Origin: Acidobacteriota bacterium
Lineage (GTDB): Bacteria; Acidobacteriota; UBA6911; RPQK01; JAJDTT01
Direction of reading: 5' to 3'
Assembly (NCBI GenBank): GCA_963668095.1
Contig: OY764083.1
Coordinates: 1,131,709-1,195,708 of the forward strand
Length of the DNA: 64,000 bases
The position numbers and the translations under genes are program-made. Below the pieces are notes generated by a model. That model searched no databases. It was not told where the DNA came from and saw only the letters and a program-made list of their open reading frames with translations. Below are positions 58,051-64,000 of this stretch, in pieces. The first letter of the stretch is position 1, and the number at the start of each line of letters is the position of its first letter.

Positions 58051-59084
58051 AAAGTTCGAGGCTGGCAGAGTTGACGGACCGGTTTCCCTCGTGCCGGGTC
58101 GCGGTCCTGGGGGATTTCTTTCTGGACCAGTATCTGGATGTCGACCCGGCCTTGGAGGAGCGAAGTCTGGAGACCGGGAAGAGAGCCCACCAGGTCGCCG
58201 CCGTTCGCTCCAGTCCCGGAGCCGCCGGAACGGTGGTGAACAACCTGGCCTCGCTGGCCTGCGGCCGGGTCCACGCTCTGGGAATCACGGGAGATGACGG
58301 CCAGGGATTCGAGTTGAGACAATGCCTGGACCGGATCGGCTGCACGACGCGGGGATTGCGGCGCCGGAAGGCACACATGACTCCCACCTATTTGAAGCCC
58401 CGGGACCTGTCGCGGAAGGGGCTTTCCGGCGAACACGAGCGCTATGACCTCCGAAATCGAGCCCCCATCTCTCCGGATCTCCTTCAGGAAATGTTGGCCG
58501 ATCTGGAAGGTTTGCTGGATCGCGTCGACGCGGTCATCATTGAGGATCAGGTGGAAGAACCGGACTTGGGCGTCGTGACCGAAGGGGTCCGTGCCGGCTT
58601 GGCGGATCTGGCCCATCGCCAACCTGGGGTCGCCTTCTGGGCCGACAGCCGGGCTCAGATCCACCGCTTCCGCCGGATGATCCTGAAGCCGAACCAGTTC
58701 GAGGCGATGCGGCGTGCCAGTCCGGGACCCGGAGAGAAGGTCGCCGTCGAATCCGTCCGAAGGATCCTGCCCCGTTTCCGGGCGAGGGCCGGCGCTCCCA
58801 TTTGCGTGACCCTGGGTGAGGCGGGAGCCCTGGTGAGCGACCCTGAGATCACGCGCGTGCCGGCCGTCCAAGTGGAGGGACCCCTGGATGTGACCGGCGC
58901 GGGCGACAGCTTCACCGCGGGCGCGGTGTTGGCGCTGTGCAGCGCAGCGAGCCTCCCGGAAGCCGCCTTGGTGGGCAATCTGGCGGCATCGGTCACGATC
59001 CGGCAACTATCCGTCACCGGCACGGCAACGCGGCGTCAACTGGCCCGGCGGCTGGCGCTTTGGAAGGAACAGAACGAATTGTAG
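58047..59084 (+). CDS. PfkB/ribokinase-family kinase (RfaE/HldE domain I-like)
   Basis: VLGDFFLDQY, PGAAGTV..NL, KPN..E, TLG..G, DVTGAGDSF; ATGA overlap with the upstream gene. Confidence 0.88.
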   Translation: MKSSRLAELTDRFPSCRVAVLGDFFLDQYLDVDPALEERSLETGKRAHQVAAVRSSPGAAGTVVNNLASLACGRVHALGITGDDGQGFELRQCLDRIGCTTRGLRRRKAHMTPTYLKPRDLSRKGLSGEHERYDLRNRAPISPDLLQEMLADLEGLLDRVDAVIIEDQVEEPDLGVVTEGVRAGLADLAHRQPGVAFWADSRAQIHRFRRMILKPNQFEAMRRASPGPGEKVAVESVRRILPRFRARAGAPICVTLGEAGALVSDPEITRVPAVQVEGPLDVTGAGDSFTAGAVLALCSAASLPEAALVGNLAASVTIRQLSVTGTATRRQLARRLALWKEQNEL

Positions 59085-59106
59085 GGGCGGCCCTCGTGGC
59101 CGTCCC
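59081..59106 (+). repeat. GTAG-type REP overlapping the stop codon
   Basis: GTAGGGGCGGCC-CTCGT-GGCCGTCCC; related to 12131. Confidence 0.6.
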
Positions 59107-59181
59107 GTCCCGCTTCCGGCCGGGATGCAGCCCCGGCCGGGTCCCGCGGCGATATCGGCCGCAGGCTGCTGTCAGGAGAGC

Positions 59182-60351
59182 ATGACCATGATTTTGAAGA
59201 CTCTGGAATTTTTCGACCCCATATGGCTGGGACTGGTCTTGGTGATTCTGGCGGGACTGGCCAGTTGCACGCCTCCGCCGGAAAAACCGGCGCCCGCGCC
59301 CCGGTTGTTGGTCCTGAAGAACGGACTTTCCCAGGTCACGCTGGATCGCTGGGGCGGCGGCATCATCGACATCCACTTCCTGGACCATCCGATCAATCCG
59401 CTGAGCTGGCGAGCCACGGAGGATATCGAGCCACTGAGTCCGGACAGACCGAACCTGCAGGGGCATTTCATCTGCTTCGATCGCTGGGGCGCTCCATCTC
59501 CAGCCGAGGTGAAGATGGGGATGCCCTACCACGGAGAAGCTCCCCGGGTGGTCTGGGAACGGCTCGATTCGCCTGCCGAGAGTGCGACGGACCGCGAGAC
59601 CCGAATGGAGTGCGCGCTTCCCCTGGCGGGGATGGAGGTCAAGCGGACGGTGCGGCTCCAGGAAAACGAGGCATCCCTGACGGTGACCGAAGCGGTCACC
59701 AACGTCCGGGCGGCGGGACGCGTCTACAACCTGGTGCAGCATCCCAGCATCGCTCCTCCCTTCCTGGACGACACCACCATCGTGGACTGCAACGCCTCCC
59801 ATGGTCTGGTCCAGGAAGAACCGGTGCCCCAGTCGACGGACGATGCCGACCGCTGGCCCCGGATCTCGATCGGGGGGACGCCGGCGGACCTTCGTTTTTA
59901 TCGCAGCACCGAGGATGGGACCTCGGGACACGACGTCACCGCGTTCATCTTCGATCCCGGAGTCGAGTACGGCTGGGTGACGGCCGCGACGCCTTCGGCC
60001 GGACTGCTGGTGGGCTATCTCTGGAAGATCTCCGAGTACCCGTGGCTCAACATGTGGCGTTACCGGCACCAGGGAAAAGTGAGCGCGCGCGGGCTCGAGT
60101 TCGGGACGACGGGGATCCACCAGCCGTTCCCCACCCTGCTTCAGTTGGGCAAGGTGCTGGACAGAGGAGTCTACGAGTACCTGGATGCCGGGGAAACGGA
60201 CACCCGGAGCTACATCCTGTTTCTGGCTCGGATCCCCGGCGACTTCCAGGGCGTGGAGTCCGCCGAATACGATGGCGCCGAACTCCGCATCCGGGAACGT
60301 CGCGATGACCAGCCCAGGAGCCTGACCGTCGAGGTGGGGGCCCTGCCCTGA
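59182..60351 (+). CDS. Hypothetical lipoprotein, galactose-mutarotase-like fold
   Basis: Lipobox LASC; LKN, GG.I, GHF.CFD.WG, HGEA, QHP...PPFL, YPWLN.W, GLEFG. Confidence 0.55.
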   Translation: MTMILKTLEFFDPIWLGLVLVILAGLASCTPPPEKPAPAPRLLVLKNGLSQVTLDRWGGGIIDIHFLDHPINPLSWRATEDIEPLSPDRPNLQGHFICFDRWGAPSPAEVKMGMPYHGEAPRVVWERLDSPAESATDRETRMECALPLAGMEVKRTVRLQENEASLTVTEAVTNVRAAGRVYNLVQHPSIAPPFLDDTTIVDCNASHGLVQEEPVPQSTDDADRWPRISIGGTPADLRFYRSTEDGTSGHDVTAFIFDPGVEYGWVTAATPSAGLLVGYLWKISEYPWLNMWRYRHQGKVSARGLEFGTTGIHQPFPTLLQLGKVLDRGVYEYLDAGETDTRSYILFLARIPGDFQGVESAEYDGAELRIRERRDDQPRSLTVEVGALP

Positions 60352-60396
60352 ACGTCCGTGGACTGACTGACTGACACGAAAGAAGGAGAGGAATCG

Positions 60397-61665
60397 ATGA
60401 GAAGGATGTTCGCCCATCCCCGGCTCAGCCTGATGATGTTCCTGCAATACGCCATCTGGGGGGCCTGGGCTCCGGCTCTGGCCGGGTACCTGGAGGCGCA
60501 ACTGGGATTCTCGGGATGGGGGTTGGGACTGATCTATGCCGCCTTTCCTTTGGCCAACCTGGTGGCTCCCTTCACCGGAGGACAGGTGGCGGACCGCTGG
60601 CTTCCGACCCAGGTGGCGTTGGCCATCTTTCATCTGCTGGGCGCGGGATTTCTGCTCTGGATGGCCTACACCGAGACCCTGAGCGGCATGCTGATCCTGA
60701 TGCTCCTGTACTGCCTGGTCTTCGCACCCACCCTGGCGCTGACCAATGCGCTGGCCTTTCAGCATCTGGCCGACGGACAGCGGGACTTCGGCCCCATCCG
60801 GGTCTGGGGCACGCTGGGATGGATCGGCGCCAACTGGGCCCTGACCGGGATGCGGGTCCTGTTCGACACCGAGTCGGCCGGCTACATCGACACCTTCGTC
60901 CTGGCGGCCGCATTTTCCCTGGTCCTGGGCCTCTTTTCCGTGGCGCTCCCCCACACCCCTCCCTCCCGGGAGGCTCCGGACCCCCTCGCCTTCAGGAAAT
61001 CGTTCGGACTCCTCAAGGACCGGAACTACCTCAGTTTCTTCATCATCGCCTTCGTGGTGGCCACCGAGCTCCAGCTCTACTACATCCTCACCTTTCCCTA
61101 TCTCCAGACCATCGGTCCCGCCGTGGGAATCACCTCCGAGAATCTGCCCGCCTGGATGACCATCGGGCAGATCGCCGAGATCTTCACCATGGCGTTGATT
61201 CTTCCCTACGCCCTCTCCCGCTGGGGCGTGCGGGTCTCCATGTTGGTGGGGATCCTGGCCTGGCCCGTCCGCTACGTCATCTTCGCGGCCGCGTGGCCAC
61301 TGTACGAGAGCGCTCCGGTGCTGGTCTGGGTCGTCGTGGGATCACTGAGCCTTCACGGTTTCTGCTACGTCTTCTTTTTCGTGGTGGCGTTCATCTACAC
61401 GGACATGGTGGCGCCGGCCGACATCCGTGCTTCGGCCCAGTCGCTGATCAACGTGGCGGTCCTGGGCATCGGCCTCTTTCTTGGGAGCCTGTTCTCGGGA
61501 TGGCTCAAGGAAGTGGCTACGGTGGGCGAAACGACTCGTTACGATATCGTGTTTGCCGTCCCCGCGGTCATAACGGCCCTGTGCGCCCTCGTCTTCTGGC
61601 GAGTATTCCGGGAGCCGGAAACCGGTCCCGGATCGGGCGCCCGGTCTGAAAAACTCGCTGCCTGA
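60397..61665 (+). CDS. MFS transporter, nucleoside:H+ symporter (NupG/XapB) family
   Basis: LSLMMFLQYAIWGAW, G.VADR, PT.ALTN, IRVWGTLGWI, GQ..E, LHG.C. Confidence 0.88.
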   Translation: MRRMFAHPRLSLMMFLQYAIWGAWAPALAGYLEAQLGFSGWGLGLIYAAFPLANLVAPFTGGQVADRWLPTQVALAIFHLLGAGFLLWMAYTETLSGMLILMLLYCLVFAPTLALTNALAFQHLADGQRDFGPIRVWGTLGWIGANWALTGMRVLFDTESAGYIDTFVLAAAFSLVLGLFSVALPHTPPSREAPDPLAFRKSFGLLKDRNYLSFFIIAFVVATELQLYYILTFPYLQTIGPAVGITSENLPAWMTIGQIAEIFTMALILPYALSRWGVRVSMLVGILAWPVRYVIFAAAWPLYESAPVLVWVVVGSLSLHGFCYVFFFVVAFIYTDMVAPADIRASAQSLINVAVLGIGLFLGSLFSGWLKEVATVGETTRYDIVFAVPAVITALCALVFWRVFREPETGPGSGARSEKLAA

Positions 61666-61780
61666 GGAACGGCGGTTTCCAGCCGCCGACGAGGGGGGTC
61701 AAGGGGGACGGAATCCCCACTCCGCGTAGCGTCTTCCAATTGGGCGAAATGTAGAACGGGCGATTGGAAATCGCCCCTCC
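61666..61780. repeat. Inverted REP doublet (GGAG family) between convergent genes
   Basis: GGAACGGCGGTTTCCAGCCGCCG ... GGGCGATTGGAAATCGCCCCTCC. Confidence 0.7.
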
Positions 61781-61787
61781 AGGCGGC

Positions 61788-63743
61788 CTAACCGCCGATT
61801 CCGGCCAGCGATACCGTCAGCCAGATCAGACCTCCAACGGCGACCCAGGCCAGGCCGAATCCGACCAGGCCGACCAGGCCGGGACGAGGAATCTCCAGTC
61901 CGCCCGCGGAGATCAGCTTTTCGGTCTCGGCCGGCATGGGGTTCTCCGGAAGCGTGCATGGCTCGTCGATCTTTTCACCCTGCCGGACCGGAGTGTGGAT
62001 GAGCCGGAAGAAATGGTCCAGCTTGGCCCGGGCGACGGGCCGGGTCAGAAAGCTGGTGACGAGACCGGCTGCCGCGCCGCAGGAGAGATAGATGAGAATC
62101 TGGTAGGGAAGGCGGGTCCGGTAGGCAACTTCGCCCCCCGCCCCCTGGACCACCTGCATGATTCCCGGAACCTGCTCGTAGAGCCATCCCCGAACCAGGC
62201 CGGGAAGATAGTCGATGTTGAGCTGGAAGAACAGGGAGTTTCCCATGGCGGCGATGGTCTCGAACGGATTGTGGGTCTGGGTCAGGTACCAGGCCAGAGC
62301 CGTGGCGACGGTGGAAGCCCAGACCGCCTTAGCCGTGTAGCCGCGCCAAGTGATGCCGAACCAGAAGGCCAACCCCATGAAGGTGGGAATGGGCTGGATG
62401 TAACGAGTCAGAACCTGAATCACGTTGTCGAACTGGGTCAGCATCAGCAGCGCCATGCAAACGATTCCCAGGCCGCTCAGGCGCCCGACCCACAGATAGT
62501 GCCGCCCACTGCCGCCGGGATGGATGAAACGTTTGTATATGTTCTCGGTGAAGAGTCCGGACCCCACCACCATCTGGGCATCGCAGGTGCTCATCACCGC
62601 CGCCAGCAGTGAAGCCATGAGGAGCCCCACGAGCCCGACGGAAATAGTGGGAAGAATGTCGTGGGCGGCCCGCCCGAAGACCTGGTTGGCGAAGGCGGCC
62701 AGTGCACCGGGATCCGACTGCACCCGCTGGATCTCGGCGGCCGACACGTAGCCATTCTCGGGCGTCAGGTAGATGATGATGCAGGCCAGCCCGGTGAAGG
62801 TCCAGGCGATGGTGCAGAACCGCTTGATGAAGTTGCCGACGGTGAAGCCGAACCGTCCCTCGAACTCGGTGCGGCCGGCGCCGCAGACGCCCATGATGTG
62901 GGGCTGGACCACGATTCCGATGAGACCGGTGAGAGAGAGCATCACCACGTAGAAGAGGGTGATGGGCTCCTGCCCCATCAGGCTGCTGACTTCCTCCGTG
63001 ACCGTGAGGCTCAACAGCTCGGAGCCGCTCCGGCCCGGAACGCCCTGCTGCAGCGCCGCGAACCCGTTGGAGGTGCCGGCCACCCGGGCCGCCGCGTTGA
63101 ACGCGAAGGGGAGGAGCAGGAAGGAAAAGACGATGGTCAGGACGCCCTGGATGAAGTCGGTGATGATGGCGGCGCCCAGGCCTCCGGCCATCCCGTAGAG
63201 GACGAAAAGCACCGTCATCCCGGCGACGGCATATTCCATGGGGAAATACGGCTCTCCCGTCGCCGGATCGGTGCCTCCCGCAAGTCCTTCGATCATCTCC
63301 CCGCTGCCGTAGAGGGCGCCCGCCATGAAGACCACGGACATGAGGATCCCCAGGCACGAATAGAGCGTGGCGGTGGAGGAGTCGTAACGGGCCTGGAAGA
63401 AATCGCTGGTGGTCAAGGCCCGCATGCGTCGAAAGACGGGAGCGATGATCCAGTAGAAGGGCGTGGCCCAGAGCCATAGAAACTGGTACCAGATCCCAGC
63501 CAGGCCGTAGCGGAAGGACCCGGCGGCGACGCTGAGGGCCTGCTCGCTGCTGGTTCCGACTCCGAAGGCGAAGAACATCATGAAGACCTTGCCGAAGCGG
63601 CGCCCCCCCATGAAGAAATCGGTGAGATCCCGTACCTTCCGATAGGACCAGAATCCGATGAAGGAAACCGCCAGCAAGTAGAAGATCAGGACGATCCAGT
63701 CCACCCAATGGAGTCCGAGCCAGACGGTTTGAGTCACGATCAT
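61788..63743 (-). CDS. Sodium:solute symporter family protein
   Basis: DFFMGGR, T..DF...RY, GGL.A.I.TDFIQG, LLAA.MST.D; many transmembrane segments. Confidence 0.92.
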   Translation of the reverse strand: MIVTQTVWLGLHWVDWIVLIFYLLAVSFIGFWSYRKVRDLTDFFMGGRRFGKVFMMFFAFGVGTSSEQALSVAAGSFRYGLAGIWYQFLWLWATPFYWIIAPVFRRMRALTTSDFFQARYDSSTATLYSCLGILMSVVFMAGALYGSGEMIEGLAGGTDPATGEPYFPMEYAVAGMTVLFVLYGMAGGLGAAIITDFIQGVLTIVFSFLLLPFAFNAAARVAGTSNGFAALQQGVPGRSGSELLSLTVTEEVSSLMGQEPITLFYVVMLSLTGLIGIVVQPHIMGVCGAGRTEFEGRFGFTVGNFIKRFCTIAWTFTGLACIIIYLTPENGYVSAAEIQRVQSDPGALAAFANQVFGRAAHDILPTISVGLVGLLMASLLAAVMSTCDAQMVVGSGLFTENIYKRFIHPGGSGRHYLWVGRLSGLGIVCMALLMLTQFDNVIQVLTRYIQPIPTFMGLAFWFGITWRGYTAKAVWASTVATALAWYLTQTHNPFETIAAMGNSLFFQLNIDYLPGLVRGWLYEQVPGIMQVVQGAGGEVAYRTRLPYQILIYLSCGAAAGLVTSFLTRPVARAKLDHFFRLIHTPVRQGEKIDEPCTLPENPMPAETEKLISAGGLEIPRPGLVGLVGFGLAWVAVGGLIWLTVSLAGIGG

Positions 63744-63800
63744 TCGCTCTGCTTCCGTTCGGTCCCCAGGACAAACAACCGGGACATCTTGCTGGAAACA

Positions 63801-63866
63801 AGGAAAAGAGGAAAGAGGAACGACCCGCCTGTCTTCACTCTTTTTCCTCTTTCCTCTTTCCTCGTT
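63801..63866. repeat. (GGAAAGA)n-GAGTGAAGAC dispersed repeat, copy 3, hairpin form
   Basis: AGGAAAAGAGGAAAGAGGAA ... CCTGTCTTCACTCTTTTTCCTCTTTCCTCTTTCCTCG; the two tracts are mutually complementary. Confidence 0.75.
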
Positions 63867-63880
63867 GTCTTGGGATTCAG

Positions 63881-64000
63881 TCAGATAGTCAGGACCCGGA
63901 GCAAATCGGTGCCTCCGGAAAGGCCGATGGGAACGCCGGCCACCAGCACTACCAGCGCGCCCTTCTTCAGACCGACGCGGCGCACGGCTTCCTCCCGAGC
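63881..64000 (-). CDS. pyk: Pyruvate kinase, 3' fragment (truncated by window end)
   Basis: Manual translation AREEAVRRVGLKKGALVVLVAGVPIGLSGGTDLLRVLTI* matches the PK C-terminal G..VV..AG.P....G.TN motif. Confidence 0.75.
   Translation of the reverse strand, partial: AREEAVRRVGLKKGALVVLVAGVPIGLSGGTDLLRVLTI

Noticed and set aside
60361-60375. GACT tandem repeat (GACTGACTGACTGAC)
   Set aside because: Under four units and intergenic; too short to argue for phase variation.
1-64000. CRISPR array, prophage, integron or autonomous IS
   Set aside because: No regularly spaced repeats, and no cas, integrase, transposase or phage structural genes were recognised.

Overview
High-GC bacterial chromosome segment. 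The gene repertoire suggests an Acidobacteriota-like organism, which is an inference. It holds about 50 CDS and no rRNA, tRNA, CRISPR array or transposase that I can support. Housekeeping genes include dnaX(3' end)-ybaB-recR, tadA, moaA, transketolase, folB, mqnD, glnS and the 3' end of pyk. There is a sulfur/Fe-S/Mo-cofactor block (two iscA, ygfZ-like, mocA-like, Rrf2-cysM-JAB-[Ubl-E1-rhodanese fusion]) and a solitary DUF4011-helicase-nuclease (Hhe-like) defence gene. A long catabolic region (36-63.7 kb) is rich in PLP enzymes, Gfo/Idh/MocA oxidoreductases, glycosidase-like proteins and transporters. The most unusual feature is an 841-aa protein made of two fused FBP aldolase/phosphatase domains that have lost complementary sets of motifs. 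Also notable are a ubiquitin-like carrier fused to its own E1, a HAD/DHS-like/RfaE-kinase operon, a Tat-signal DegT aminotransferase, and four kinds of short repeat element. All family assignments come from motif recognition by eye, with no database search.
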